The notes beneath the pieces were generated by a model. That model was not told the origin of the DNA and searched no databases. It saw nothing but the letters and a program-made list of their open reading frames with translations. A program made the translations under genes and the position numbers. A stretch of 59,165 bases of DNA from the NCBI GenBank assembly GCA_017446125.1, contig JAFSRL010000022.1, positions 1 to 59,165 of the forward strand, read 5' to 3'. Positions 18,808-29,216 of the stretch are shown here, piece by piece (position 1 is the first letter of the stretch; the number at the start of each line of letters is the position of its first letter). Origin of the DNA: Lachnospiraceae bacterium (GTDB lineage: Bacteria > Bacillota > Clostridia > Lachnospirales > Lachnospiraceae).

Positions 18808-19610
18808 AATTCCACCTTCGGAATGGCCTCAATGAGTGCCTGCGTGTAGGGTTGCTCCGGATGCTCGAAAACTTCTTCCGTGATTCCGCTTTCCACAATT
18901 CTGCCCTTCTGCATGACAATGACCTTGTGGCAAAGCTGCCGGACCAGACTTAAGTCATGCGAGATGAACAGAATCGCCGTTTCGCGCTTGACGTTGACCT
19001 TTCTAAGGAGCGCGATGATCTGCGCCTGGATGGTGACGTCGAGCGCGGTCGTGGGCTCGTCCGCAATGAGAATCTTGGGTCTTGCGATGGTGGCGGCACC
19101 GATCATGACACGCTGCCGCATCCCGCCGGAGAGCTCATGCGGATACATACGGTAAAGCTTTTCCGCATCGTCAAGCCCCACCGCCGTCATGGTGCGGATT
19201 GCCCTGTCGTAGCGCTCCTTCTTTGTCATTTCCTTATGGTGAATCCGAAGGCACTCCTCCATCTGGTGTCCGATGCGCTGCAAGGGATTCAGGCTCGTCA
19301 TGGGCTCCTGAAAAATCATCGAGATCTCGTCTCCCTGATAGGAGCGCAGCCGTTCCCTGTCGCAGGTCAAAAGGTCCGTTCCGTCAAAGAGGATTTCCCC
19401 GGACAGCGATAAGGCGTGCCGCTTTAAAAGCCCCGCGATTGCCAAAGCGGACATGCTCTTTCCGGAGCCGGACTCTCCCACGATTCCCAAAATCTCCTGC
19501 TTGTGCAGCACGAAGTTCACGTCATCGACCACACGCTCCGGTGTGTCGTGATCGTGGAACTCAATCGTCAAATGATTCACTTCTAAAATGACTTCTTCTT
19601 TTCTGTCCAT
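18804..19610 (-). CDS. Peptide/nickel ABC importer ATPase (OppD/DppD-like)
   Basis: [42 protein letters not shown] 19610 preferred over 19685. Confidence 0.9.
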   Translation of the reverse strand: MDRKEEVILEVNHLTIEFHDHDTPERVVDDVNFVLHKQEILGIVGESGSGKSMSALAIAGLLKRHALSLSGEILFDGTDLLTCDRERLRSYQGDEISMIFQEPMTSLNPLQRIGHQMEECLRIHHKEMTKKERYDRAIRTMTAVGLDDAEKLYRMYPHELSGGMRQRVMIGAATIARPKILIADEPTTALDVTIQAQIIALLRKVNVKRETAILFISHDLSLVRQLCHKVIVMQKGRIVESGITEEVFEHPEQPYTQALIEAIPKVEL

Positions 19611-19644
19611 CGCTCTTGATTTATGACGCGGGCTTCCCTGCCGC

Positions 19645-20496
19645 TTATTCCTCCAGGGTGCCGGATGCCGTGCGGATACCCTCACCCATTAAGGAAAAAC
19701 CCAAAACCATTAAAACAATCACGATGCCGGGTCCCAGAACACAGGACGGCACGCGGAAAAACACCTCCTGCCCCTCCGCAATCATCTGTCCTAAGGACGC
19801 GTAGGGCGGCTGGCTCCCGATTCCCAGAAAGCTCAAGCCCGCCTCCGCAAGCACCGCATTGTTAAACCCGATCAATAAATTGGAGAGCAAAACGCCCTTC
19901 ACGTTCGGTAAAATATGAACGAAGATGACGCGCAGGTTTCCGACACCCTGTAAGCGCGCATTCTTGACATAGTCCATGTGCTTGCAGCGGATATACTCGC
20001 TTCTGACCACACGGGCAAAGGACGGGATGAAGGCAATGCCCAGTGCCCACATCACGCGGAAGGTGCCGGACCCGAAGAGGGAAACCAGAACCAGCGCCAG
20101 CAGCACATTCGGGAAGGCAAAGAGCGCGTCCATGATGCGCATCACGACCTCATCCAAAGCTCCGCCGTAAAAGCCGGTGAGCGCCCCGATCAAAATCCCG
20201 CAGCCGGCACCGATGATCATTGTCCCCATTGCGACTAAGAGCGTGACGCGGCTGCCGTACATCACGCGGGAGAACACGTCGCGCCCCATCTTGTCCGTTC
20301 CCATAAGGTGTAAGAGCGACGGGTCCTGCAAACGGTCAGGGCTTAACTCCGTGGGACCGTAGGGCATGTAGAAAATCCCAACGATAATCACGAACAGCAC
20401 GATGGCGGTAATCACAAGCCCCGCCCTGAAATACCCCGGGTGCGGCAGGTGACTGACATACGTTTTGAACCGTTGTCTAAACGAAGTCTTCTCCAT
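19645..20496 (-). CDS. Peptide/nickel ABC importer permease (OppC/DppC-like)
   Basis: HLMGTDKMGRDVFSR, EAA-like loop YVKNARLQG, EAGLSFLG. Confidence 0.9.
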   Translation of the reverse strand: MEKTSFRQRFKTYVSHLPHPGYFRAGLVITAIVLFVIIVGIFYMPYGPTELSPDRLQDPSLLHLMGTDKMGRDVFSRVMYGSRVTLLVAMGTMIIGAGCGILIGALTGFYGGALDEVVMRIMDALFAFPNVLLALVLVSLFGSGTFRVMWALGIAFIPSFARVVRSEYIRCKHMDYVKNARLQGVGNLRVIFVHILPNVKGVLLSNLLIGFNNAVLAEAGLSFLGIGSQPPYASLGQMIAEGQEVFFRVPSCVLGPGIVIVLMVLGFSLMGEGIRTASGTLEE

Positions 20497-20499
20497 CCC

Positions 20500-21441
20500 C
20501 TACTCCTGTGCCGTTCTGGGGTCGAGCACGCGGTAAAGCAAATCGACCGCCAGGTTAATGACGATGATGACAAAGGCAATCCACATCACGGCGGCTAAGA
20601 CCACCGGATAATCGCGGTTCCCGATGGAGGTCAAGAGCGTATTGCTCATGCCCGGGATGTTAAAGACGCGCTCCACGACCAAGGAGCCCGCGAGCATGTT
20701 TGCTAGACTCATGCCCAGGAAGGTTAAGACCGGTAAAAAGGCGTTCTTAAACACATGATGAAACAGCACGCCGTTCACGGTGTTTCCTCTGGAATACGCC
20801 GTTCTTGTGTAATCCTTTCCCGCCTCCTCCAAAATGGAGCCGCGCAAGAGCTTTGCGGTCATCGCCGCGCGCGGTAAGGCAATCGCGATTGCGGGGAAAA
20901 TCATATACGAGAAGAATGCGGGAGCGCTTTTCGAAAACGGAACGTAGCCGCCCGGCGCAAACAGATGCAGAATCATGCCGAAAACCCAGCTGATGAGAAT
21001 ACCGGAGAAAAACGGCGGAATCGACATGATCACCTGGTTGCAGACCATGATGATTTTGTCCGCCCTGCCGCCCGCATGGCGACCGGTGTAAAGCCCTAAG
21101 GGAATTCCAATCAGGCACACCAAAACAAAGGAGAATACCGCAAGGAAAAATGTCACGGGAATCTTTGAGGCAAGCAAATCCCGCACGGGAAGCGAATACA
21201 CGTAAGACGTCCCAAGGTCCCCGGTCAGAAAGCCCTTCAGCCACCGGAAGTACCGCACAAACAGGGGCGCATTCAGCCCCAGCTCTTCGCGCAGCGCCTG
21301 CAGACGCTCCGGTGTCGCCCCCGTTCCAAGAATGTGGGTTGCGGGATCACCGGAGATCAACCAAAAGGCGATGAACAGGCACAGACTCACCACAATGAGG
21401 GTCAGCAGCATTGTGCCGCATTTTTTGAAAACGTAACGCAT
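20500..21441 (-). CDS. Peptide/nickel ABC importer permease (OppB/DppB-like)
   Basis: GDPA..ILG, GDLGTS, DYTRTAYSRG, VERVFNIPG, RDYPVV. Confidence 0.9.
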   Translation of the reverse strand: MRYVFKKCGTMLLTLIVVSLCLFIAFWLISGDPATHILGTGATPERLQALREELGLNAPLFVRYFRWLKGFLTGDLGTSYVYSLPVRDLLASKIPVTFFLAVFSFVLVCLIGIPLGLYTGRHAGGRADKIIMVCNQVIMSIPPFFSGILISWVFGMILHLFAPGGYVPFSKSAPAFFSYMIFPAIAIALPRAAMTAKLLRGSILEEAGKDYTRTAYSRGNTVNGVLFHHVFKNAFLPVLTFLGMSLANMLAGSLVVERVFNIPGMSNTLLTSIGNRDYPVVLAAVMWIAFVIIVINLAVDLLYRVLDPRTAQE

Positions 21442-21465
21442 CTTAACCCTTTACGACAATCCCGC

Positions 21466-22998
21466 TTATTCCGCCGGGCGGATGAGTGCGATGTTCTGCG
21501 CGTACAGCGGATAGAACTCGTATCCGGTAAACTTCTTGTTTAACACCACGAAGCTGGGCAGGTCCTGGATGTAGACGCTTGCCGCTTCTTCGGAAAGAAT
21601 CGTTAAGCAATCCTTGTAAAGTGCGGTCTTTTCCGCATCATCAACCGATGCGCTTGCCTTTTGGTAGGTTTCGTCGTACGCCGCGGAATTGAAATTCACA
21701 AAGTTGTTGCCGGCATCCGACTGAAAACGCGACAGCATGGAGGGCGCGTTCAACGCGGACGCGTCAACGCCCACGACGGTTGCCTCATAGTTTCTTCCGG
21801 TGTACACGTCGGAAAGCCAGGTGTTCCACTCAATCTGCTGGATGTTTGCGGTCACGCCAATCTGTGCGAACTGCTCCTTTAAGACCTGCGCGGTTTCAAT
21901 GTGCTGCGGATGCGCGCTCGAAACATGGATGGTAAAGGTAAAGCCACCGGAAAGTCCCGCTTCCGCAAGCAGCGCCTTTGCTTTTTCAATATCTGTTTTG
22001 TAGGTATCGTTTAATTCCGGCACGAAGTACTTCCCGAAGGAGGGGTACATGCTGCTGCCCACTTCCTCGCCCTTTCCGCCGGAGACTAATTCCTTGATCT
22101 GTCCCTTATCGATGCAATAGCAAAGCGCCTGACGCACCCGCACATCGTCAAAGGGTGCCTTCGCGTTGTTTAAGTACAGCGCCTGCACAAGGTTCATCGT
22201 GCCTTCGTAGATTGTGAACTCCTCCTCCGAGAGCTGGGAAAGCTGCGCTTCCGGGGTGCGGTAGAACATGTCTAAGGAGCCGCCCGCAAGCTCCATCCCG
22301 ATTGCATCGGTATTGGTCGTGACCTTGTAGACGACGTTTTGAATGTGGGCGCGTCCTGCCTCATCCCAGTAATCGTCGAACTTTTCAAAGGTCACGTTCT
22401 CCAAGGGGGTTCTGGAGACATACTTGTAGGGGCCGCATCCCACGGGGTTTGCGTCCAGATCCTCCACGGAAGCCGGTGTAATGCCGATGGTGAAATACGC
22501 AAGGAAGTCCGTGTCGGGCGCTTGCAGGACAACATCCACATGCGTCTCGTCAACGATGTCCACCTTCTCAACCGCGGCAAACGCGGAAACAAGGGAGCCG
22601 CCGGTCGTGGAATTCTTATAGCGCTCGATGGAGAACTTGACATCCTGTGCGGTGACGTTTGTTCCGTCGTGGAACTTCACGCCCTTACGCAACGTGAACG
22701 AATAGGTCTTCCCGTCGGGGGAAATCACATACTCGGAAGCGACCGCGGGATTCAAATTCCCGTCCGTATCCGGCTTCATGAGTCCGTCATAGACATTAAA
22801 CAGAACCTCGCGGGTTCCGGCGGACTCCGCCTTCGCGGGATCCATGGAATCGAGGTCCTGTGTCATTCCAATCGTTAATGTGTCGGTCGCGGCAGCATCC
22901 TGTGTGGCGTTGTTTTGCTTCCCGCCGCAGGCGGAAAGAACAGTCACAAACAAGCCGGTAGCAATCACCGCCGGAATTACCCTCCTTGCTTTCATCAA
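21466..22998 (-). CDS. Family 5 ABC substrate-binding lipoprotein (OppA/DppA-like)
   Basis: Lipobox LSAC; YSFTLRKGVKFHDG...TAQDVKFS; PVGCGPY; PFDDVRVRQAL. Confidence 0.9.
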   Translation of the reverse strand: MMKARRVIPAVIATGLFVTVLSACGGKQNNATQDAAATDTLTIGMTQDLDSMDPAKAESAGTREVLFNVYDGLMKPDTDGNLNPAVASEYVISPDGKTYSFTLRKGVKFHDGTNVTAQDVKFSIERYKNSTTGGSLVSAFAAVEKVDIVDETHVDVVLQAPDTDFLAYFTIGITPASVEDLDANPVGCGPYKYVSRTPLENVTFEKFDDYWDEAGRAHIQNVVYKVTTNTDAIGMELAGGSLDMFYRTPEAQLSQLSEEEFTIYEGTMNLVQALYLNNAKAPFDDVRVRQALCYCIDKGQIKELVSGGKGEEVGSSMYPSFGKYFVPELNDTYKTDIEKAKALLAEAGLSGGFTFTIHVSSAHPQHIETAQVLKEQFAQIGVTANIQQIEWNTWLSDVYTGRNYEATVVGVDASALNAPSMLSRFQSDAGNNFVNFNSAAYDETYQKASASVDDAEKTALYKDCLTILSEEAASVYIQDLPSFVVLNKKFTGYEFYPLYAQNIALIRPAE

Positions 22999-23009
22999 AG
23001 GTACCCTCC

Positions 23010-23471
23010 TTATTCTCCCTCTGCGTGCAGCACTTTGTTTAACTCGTCCATGAACGTCTCCACGTCCTTGAACTCACGGTAAACGGAAGCGAACCGCACG
23101 TACGCGACTGCGTCGAGATCCGTTAGCTTCTTCATCAACAGCTCGCCGATGACTTCCGCGTGGATCTCCTTCTGCTCCATGTTGAAGATCTCCGTCTCGA
23201 TCTCGTCGATGAGCCTGGAAATCTGTTGTGCGCTGACCGGGCGCTTGTGGCACGCCTTTAAGATGCCCGTCTCGATCTTCGCACGGTTGTAGGTCTCACG
23301 GTTGTTGTCCTTTTTGATGATGATAAGCGGAATCGTCTCCACCTTCTCGTACGTGGTGAAGCGCTTTCCGCAGGAATCACAGACTCTCCTTCTGCGGATC
23401 GAAGTGTTTTCATCCGCAGGTCTCGAGTCGATGACCCTCGTATTATCCTTACTGCAAAACGGACATTTCAT
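23010..23471 (-). CDS. nrdR: Transcriptional repressor NrdR
   Basis: MKCPFC, IRRRRVC..CGKRFTTYE, ATP-cone, AYVRFASVYREF. Confidence 0.97.
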   Translation of the reverse strand: MKCPFCSKDNTRVIDSRPADENTSIRRRRVCDSCGKRFTTYEKVETIPLIIIKKDNNRETYNRAKIETGILKACHKRPVSAQQISRLIDEIETEIFNMEQKEIHAEVIGELLMKKLTDLDAVAYVRFASVYREFKDVETFMDELNKVLHAEGE

Positions 23472-23498
23472 GATTCTCCTCCCTTAGGGCTTTGTCTT

Positions 23499-23536
23499 TA
23501 AAAAAAGGGATATCCGCCCAAGAAGGATATCCCTTT
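23499..23536 (-). terminator. Rho-independent terminator after ftsZ
   Basis: AAAGGGATATCC-9 nt-GGATATCCCTTT perfect stem followed by a T run on the minus strand. Confidence 0.8.
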
Positions 23537-23547
23537 CTGTATGGTTC

Positions 23548-24795
23548 TTATTTCTTCTGAAGGAACTCCGGAATCTTTAATGATTTCTGCGGAACCTTGC
23601 CGCTGACTTCCGCCTGTTTCGCAAAGGATCCGATCGGTTTCACCGAAGGCTTTTCCGCCGCGGCGCCCTCGCCGGCTTCCGCCGCTGCCTGCGGGGTGGC
23701 TGCACCGCCGCCCGGCTTCGCGCCCGGGGCAAATCCCGCGCCCTTGCCTTCCTTCGCTGCGGCATTCGCCGCGTCCGCCGCGCTGAATGCCTCCGCTGCG
23801 GAAACAGGCTTCGCTTCCTTCTTCGGGAGTGAGCTCTTCACGCCCTTATCCGAAATGCCGGTCGCAATCACGGTGACCGTGCAGGTGTCGACCTGCGATT
23901 CATCGTACATCACGCCGAAGATGATATTGACATCGTCGCCCGCCAGGTTCTGGACATAGCTCGAGGCGTCGTTTGCGTCGACTAAGGTAATGTCGCCGGA
24001 GATGTTGATGAGGACGTTCGTTGCACCGTCGACCTTCGTCTCCAAAAGCGGCGATTCGACCGCCATCTTGACCGCATCCGCAGCCTTCTCCTCGCCCTGG
24101 CCCACACCGATGCCGATGTGTGCGATGCCCTTGTCCTTCATGACGGTTTCGACATCCGCGAAGTCCAGGTTGATGATTGCCGGGACATTGATTAAGTCCG
24201 TAATGCCCTGCACCGCCTGCTGCAACACCTCATCCGCCTTCTTTAAGGCATCCGGCATCGTTGTGCGGCGATCCACGATCTCAAGCAGCTTATCATTCGG
24301 GATGACAATCAACGTGTCAACGAAGTTCTTGATGTTATCGATGCCCATCAGGGCATTCTGCATGCGCACGCGCGCCTCAAAGGTGAAGGGCTTCGTCACA
24401 ACGCCGACGGTTAAGATGCCCATCTCCTTCGCGAGCTTCGCAATCACGGGTGCCGCACCGGTTCCGGTACCGCCGCCCATGCCGCAGGTGACGAACACCA
24501 TGTCCGCACCCTTCAACGCATTTGAGATTTCTTCCGAACTTTCTTCCGCTGCCTTCTGCCCGATTTCCGGCTTCGCACCGGCACCAAGGCCCTTGGTCAG
24601 CTTCTCTCCGATTTGTAATAACCGCGGCGCCTTGCAAAGGTCCAGCGCCTGCTTGTCGGTGTTGATACCGATGAAATCAACGCCCGTAATGTTCTCATCC
24701 ACCATGCGGTTGACCGCATTATTACCGGCACCGCCCACGCCCACGACAATGATTTTCGCCGCGGATTCGGTGTCGTTTGACTTAATCTCCAGCAA
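23548..24795 (-). CDS. ftsZ: Cell division GTPase FtsZ
   Basis: [28 protein letters not shown]-terminal IPEFL. TTG start at 24795 after AAGGAGGAG; TTGCGA-17-TATGAT promoter upstream. Confidence 0.97.
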   Translation of the reverse strand: MLEIKSNDTESAAKIIVVGVGGAGNNAVNRMVDENITGVDFIGINTDKQALDLCKAPRLLQIGEKLTKGLGAGAKPEIGQKAAEESSEEISNALKGADMVFVTCGMGGGTGTGAAPVIAKLAKEMGILTVGVVTKPFTFEARVRMQNALMGIDNIKNFVDTLIVIPNDKLLEIVDRRTTMPDALKKADEVLQQAVQGITDLINVPAIINLDFADVETVMKDKGIAHIGIGVGQGEEKAADAVKMAVESPLLETKVDGATNVLINISGDITLVDANDASSYVQNLAGDDVNIIFGVMYDESQVDTCTVTVIATGISDKGVKSSLPKKEAKPVSAAEAFSAADAANAAAKEGKGAGFAPGAKPGGGAATPQAAAEAGEGAAAEKPSVKPIGSFAKQAEVSGKVPQKSLKIPEFLQKK

Positions 24796-24875
24796 GGTAC
24801 TCCTCCTTAGATACAACCCAAAAACTTTATACTAAGATATCATAGCCTTATTTCCCGAAAATCGCAACCTTTTTT

Positions 24876-25601
24876 TTACCTGATTTCTTCAAACGATATA
24901 TTGTTAGTATTCCTATCATAATCCCGCATATTAAGGATTCCCTTGCGTCCTTCAAGGGCCGGTAAAAAGGATTGCAGCCGGATGATTTTGTCCTCCGTTT
25001 CGTTATCAAAGGTGCCCATTGTGACCTCGACCTCTTCAAAATATAAGTAAATGTTATAGGCGGAATCGAAGGAAATCCTATCCACCCGCAGTTCGTATTT
25101 GTTCAAAAGCTGCGTGAGATTTAAAATGGTCGAAAACACCTCCTCGTTTTCCACCGGAAGCTTTTCGTGCAGCACCGCATGGGAAAAATCGAGTCCCATC
25201 ACAAGCGGGATGTTAGAAGTCGCAACGCTCGAGCTCTCAACGATGATGCCCTCCCGGTCAAAGTACAGATAGCGGTCGAGGTACGAAATGTAGCCCGCCA
25301 AAGCCTTCTCGTACACATTGATCCGCACGGCGTTCGGGGAAACGATGCTCACATCCATCTTCTCCACAAAGGGAATGCCGGTGACGCTTTTGTTGCGATA
25401 CTTCAGGGAAAGAAACAGCGAGTTGTAGGAAAGCTTTGAATCGAGCACCATCTCCGAAATCTCTTCATCCGTGTAGTACACGTTGCCGTCCACATAAACA
25501 TTCGTGATGCGGTAGGTGCGCACGATATAAAAAAGCACCGCGGCGATGGCCAAAACCGCAACCGCCGCGATGATGATAACGACCTTTGTTCGTTTCTTCA
25601 C
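24876..25601 (-). CDS. ftsQ: Cell division protein FtsQ/DivIB
   Basis: Basic N-terminus and TM, POTRA-like (VYVDGNVYYTDEEI...PNAVRINVYE); position just before ftsZ. Confidence 0.8.
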   Translation of the reverse strand: MKKRTKVVIIIAAVAVLAIAAVLFYIVRTYRITNVYVDGNVYYTDEEISEMVLDSKLSYNSLFLSLKYRNKSVTGIPFVEKMDVSIVSPNAVRINVYEKALAGYISYLDRYLYFDREGIIVESSSVATSNIPLVMGLDFSHAVLHEKLPVENEEVFSTILNLTQLLNKYELRVDRISFDSAYNIYLYFEEVEVTMGTFDNETEDKIIRLQSFLPALEGRKGILNMRDYDRNTNNISFEEIR

Positions 25602-26827
25602 GCGTTGATTCTCCTTGCGACGCTCATCACAAGCCCCATCTCCGCCATGAGGAAGAGGATGGAGGTGCCGCCGTAGGAAATGAAGGGCAGCGTGATGCCC
25701 GTGTTGGGAATCGTGTTCGTTACGACCGCGATGTTCAAAATCACCTGAATCATGATGTGCGCCATAACACCCACGGTAATCATCGCGCCGAACCGGTCGG
25801 GCGCATTGTTCGCGATGACAAACAGTCTCCAGATCAACACCATGAACAGCACCATGACCAAAAAGGCGCCGAAGAGTCCCAGCTCCTCACAGATAATCGA
25901 AAAGATCATGTCGTTTTGCGCTTCCGGAACGAACCCGAGCTTCTGCATGCTCTGCCCCAGGCCCTTGCCCAGGATGCCGCCGCTTCCGATGGCGTAAAGC
26001 CCCTGCACGGTCTGGAATCCCTTCTCATACGCCTCCGGATTCAGCCAGACCTGGATGCGGTGGAATCGAAAGCCCGCTTCCGCGACGGACTCCACGTTCA
26101 TAATCAGATAAACGATCACAGCCGCCACCGCGGCAAACAGCGCACCGATCAACACAAAGTTCTTATAATCCGGTGTCGCGACAAAGAGCATGACTAAGGC
26201 GATGCCAAAGACAATGAGCGCAGAGCTTAAGTTGTCCGTGATGAGGTAGAGCATCCCCGCGACCGGCAGCGTGACACCCAAAAAGATGAGCTTTCCCTTC
26301 ATGATAGCAAGATTCCTGCCCAGCTTGCAGACCAGCGCCGCCAAAAAGATGATGAGGCCGATCTTCGCAATCTCTGCGGGCTGGATGGAGGTGCCGCCGA
26401 CCTTGATCCAGCGTCTTGCGCCGTTCTTCTCTATCCCTAAGGGCGTCAAAACAAGCAGCAGGGAAATGACGCTCACCACATAAGCGGGAACGTAAAGCTT
26501 CTTCCAGAAGCCGTACGGAATGAGGGCCGTCACAATCATGACCACGGCACCCAATGCCGTTGCAATCAACTGGTGCCTGAAATAGTAGGTCGGATCTCCC
26601 ATCGTCAGCGATGCGTTATAAGAGCTCGTGGAAAAGAGCATCAAAAGGCCGAAGGCACACAGCACGATGATCGTAAAGATTAGCGAATAGTCAATGTACC
26701 CGACCTTCGGCATCGCCGCTTCAATGGTCTGTACGGCAGGCGGGTTCATGCTCCGTACCGGCCGGATCCTTCTGCGGTTTAAGCGTATGTTGTTTCTGCG
26801 TTCCGAAAAATCCACTCTGCTGACCAT
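25598..26827 (-). CDS. ftsW: SEDS-family peptidoglycan polymerase FtsW
   Basis: NGARRW, IQPAEIAK, GSGG..GKG, PEAQNDMIF..ICEELG, PNTGITLPFISYGG. Confidence 0.9.
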   Translation of the reverse strand: MVSRVDFSERRNNIRLNRRRIRPVRSMNPPAVQTIEAAMPKVGYIDYSLIFTIIVLCAFGLLMLFSTSSYNASLTMGDPTYYFRHQLIATALGAVVMIVTALIPYGFWKKLYVPAYVVSVISLLLVLTPLGIEKNGARRWIKVGGTSIQPAEIAKIGLIIFLAALVCKLGRNLAIMKGKLIFLGVTLPVAGMLYLITDNLSSALIVFGIALVMLFVATPDYKNFVLIGALFAAVAAVIVYLIMNVESVAEAGFRFHRIQVWLNPEAYEKGFQTVQGLYAIGSGGILGKGLGQSMQKLGFVPEAQNDMIFSIICEELGLFGAFLVMVLFMVLIWRLFVIANNAPDRFGAMITVGVMAHIMIQVILNIAVVTNTIPNTGITLPFISYGGTSILFLMAEMGLVMSVARRINA

Positions 26828-26843
26828 ATCACATACTCCCGTT

Positions 26844-28208
26844 TTATTTCAAGCGGTTCACATACTCCTTGAAAACACGTCCTCTGGTTTCGTAATTCGT
26901 AAACATATCCCAGCTTGCGCAGGCGGGGGAAAGCAACACCGCGTCTCCCTTTTCCGCCACCTTAGTGGCATGCTTCAACGCATCCTCGAAGCTGTCGCAG
27001 AAGGTGATTGCGTCAAAGCCATGCTCTTTCGCGCACGCGGCAATCTTTTCCTTTGTTTCCCCGATTAAGACAAGCTCCTTCACCTTCCCGTCGAAGGAGT
27101 CAATCCAGTCGCTGTAATCCGCGTCCTTGTCGTAGCCTCCGCCAATCAAAACGGTGGGCTTCACCATCGCGCGGATTCCCTGAATCGCGGCATCGGGATT
27201 CGTCGCCTTGGAGTCGTTGTAATAGTCGACGCCCGCCTTCGTTGCCGTAAACTCGATGCGGTGCTCAACCGCCTTGAAGTGCCGCACCACATGTAAAATG
27301 GTGTCTAAGGGCACCTCCATGGCAAGCGCGATTGCCAAAGCCGCCATGACGTTCTCGACATTGCAGATTCCGACCAGGTGCATGTCGTGCCGGTTCATGA
27401 TGCGGATGGGCATGCCGCCCTGCGCCATCAGGATGTCGTCGCCCTGTAAGTAAATGCCGTTTTCCAAAGGCTTCGTCGAGGAAAAGTAAACGACCTTTGC
27501 GCCCACCTGCTCGCCGATGGCTCTGGTGTATTCGTTGTCGTAGTTTAAGACGCAGGTGTCCTCCTTGGTCTGTAAGTGCGCCACCTGTGCCTTGTAATGC
27601 GCGTACGCCTCCATCGTGTGATGGCGGTTTAGGTGATCCGGCGTGATGTTCAAAATCGCGGACACATGCGCGTGGAAGGCATCGAGTGCCTCAAGCTGGA
27701 AGCTCGACACCTCCGCCACCACGACGGATTCCATCGTTGTCAAAGCCGCGCGTTCCGCAAAGGAGTACCCGATGTTGCCCACCAAAACCACGTCCTTGAA
27801 ATGCGCCTTCATGATTTCATACACAAGGGTTGTGGTTGTGGTCTTGCCGTTGGTTCCGGTGATTGCGACAAGCGTTCCCAGGGAATAACGGAAGGCAAAC
27901 TCGATTTCACTCCACACCGGAATGCCGCGCTCTTTGAACGAGTTGATAAACGGTGTGTCCAGGGGCACCGCGGGCGACGGGATGACAACGGCGATTTCAT
28001 CTTCGACGTCCTTCGGCAATGCGCCGATGTGCACGAAAACGCGCTCCCGGTCTTCTTTGCGCAGCTTCTCGCGGACCTCTTCTGCCGTCACCTTTTCGTT
28101 CTGTTCCAAAACATGCACAACCGCGCCCTGCTCCAGTAAAAGCTTGACGCTGCCCACGCCGGAAAGTCCGGTCCCTATAACGAGTGCCTGCTTCTCTTTT
28201 AACTCCAT
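26844..28208 (-). CDS. murD: UDP-MurNAc-L-Ala:D-Glu ligase
   Basis: ITGTNGKTTT, EVSSFQL, DHLNRH, HRIE, NDSKATN, LLSPACAS. Confidence 0.96.
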   Translation of the reverse strand: MELKEKQALVIGTGLSGVGSVKLLLEQGAVVHVLEQNEKVTAEEVREKLRKEDRERVFVHIGALPKDVEDEIAVVIPSPAVPLDTPFINSFKERGIPVWSEIEFAFRYSLGTLVAITGTNGKTTTTTLVYEIMKAHFKDVVLVGNIGYSFAERAALTTMESVVVAEVSSFQLEALDAFHAHVSAILNITPDHLNRHHTMEAYAHYKAQVAHLQTKEDTCVLNYDNEYTRAIGEQVGAKVVYFSSTKPLENGIYLQGDDILMAQGGMPIRIMNRHDMHLVGICNVENVMAALAIALAMEVPLDTILHVVRHFKAVEHRIEFTATKAGVDYYNDSKATNPDAAIQGIRAMVKPTVLIGGGYDKDADYSDWIDSFDGKVKELVLIGETKEKIAACAKEHGFDAITFCDSFEDALKHATKVAEKGDAVLLSPACASWDMFTNYETRGRVFKEYVNRLK

Positions 28209-28211
28209 CCC

Positions 28212-29201
28212 TTACCTCAGTGCCGCATACCCGATCAGGGACATGAGAATCGTCACCGCGCTGAACACGTAAACGACGCGTGTCTCTGACCAGCCCGAAA
28301 GCTCAAAGTGATGATGAATGGGCGCCATCTTAAAGATGCGCTTGCCCTTCGTTGCCTTAAAGTAGCTCACCTGCATCACGACGGAGAGCACTTCGATTGC
28401 GTAAATGAATCCCACAATCGGAATGAACAGGGGCGTGTTGGTCACATACGCCATGCCCGTCACGAAGCCGCCGATTGCAAGCGAGCCCGTGTCGCCCATC
28501 ATGACGCGCGCGGGGTACACGTTGTATAAAAGGTATCCCAAAAGGCCGCCCGTAAACGCCGCCGCAAAGGGGGAGGCGCCGGTGCCGTTTGCCACCGCAC
28601 AGACCGTATAAAAGGCCGCCACCACCGCAGTCACGCTGCCGCACAGCCCGTCGACGCCGTCGGTAAAGTTCGTTCCGTTGGCGGTCGCCAATGCGATGAC
28701 GTAAAACGCGGGGATTGCAAGAATCCCTAAATCAATCACACCGCCCTTCACAAACGGAATGCGCATGGAAAGGTCCACTTCGGAAACGTTGATTAAGTAA
28801 AGCAAAAAAACGGTTGCCGCAATGCCCTGTCCCAAAAGCTTCTGCTTCGGCGTCAGCCCGAGATTGCGCTTCTTTACGACCTTGATGTAATCATCCACAA
28901 AGCCCACCGCGCCAAAGCCGTAGGTCAGAATCAGGACCGGCACGATTTCCTTGTAGCCGCGCACGTAAAAGAGGGCGACAAAGAGCGCCGGCAGCAAGAA
29001 CAGCACACCGCCCATCGTGGGGGTTCCGCCCTTTTTCTTGTGGGAGTCCGGTCCCTCCGCAAGCTCCGTCTGACCGATGTGCAGCCTGTGTAAGGCGGGA
29101 ATGACAACGGGTCCCATTGCCGCCGCGAACGCGAACGACAAAAGAACCGGTAAAATCCTGTGCATGAACACCTGCCCTGCGGGGTTGGATAAGTAATCCA
29201 T
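28212..29201 (-). CDS. mraY: Phospho-MurNAc-pentapeptide transferase
   Basis: KKGGTPTMGG, DDYIK, NFTDGVDGL, MGDTGSL, MAPIHHHFE. Confidence 0.96.
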   Translation of the reverse strand: MDYLSNPAGQVFMHRILPVLLSFAFAAAMGPVVIPALHRLHIGQTELAEGPDSHKKKGGTPTMGGVLFLLPALFVALFYVRGYKEIVPVLILTYGFGAVGFVDDYIKVVKKRNLGLTPKQKLLGQGIAATVFLLYLINVSEVDLSMRIPFVKGGVIDLGILAIPAFYVIALATANGTNFTDGVDGLCGSVTAVVAAFYTVCAVANGTGASPFAAAFTGGLLGYLLYNVYPARVMMGDTGSLAIGGFVTGMAYVTNTPLFIPIVGFIYAIEVLSVVMQVSYFKATKGKRIFKMAPIHHHFELSGWSETRVVYVFSAVTILMSLIGYAALR

Positions 29202-29216
29202 CGTCTCCTTCTTTCG

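Noticed and set aside
23990-24835. 281-aa plus-strand ORF, and similar long antisense ORFs (9020-9712, 13028-13738, 34697-35425, 43273-43977, 44295-45026, 55882-56613)
   Set aside because: They lie antisense to well-supported genes, have no RBS or recognisable motifs, and are the expected shadow ORFs of GC-biased coding sequence.
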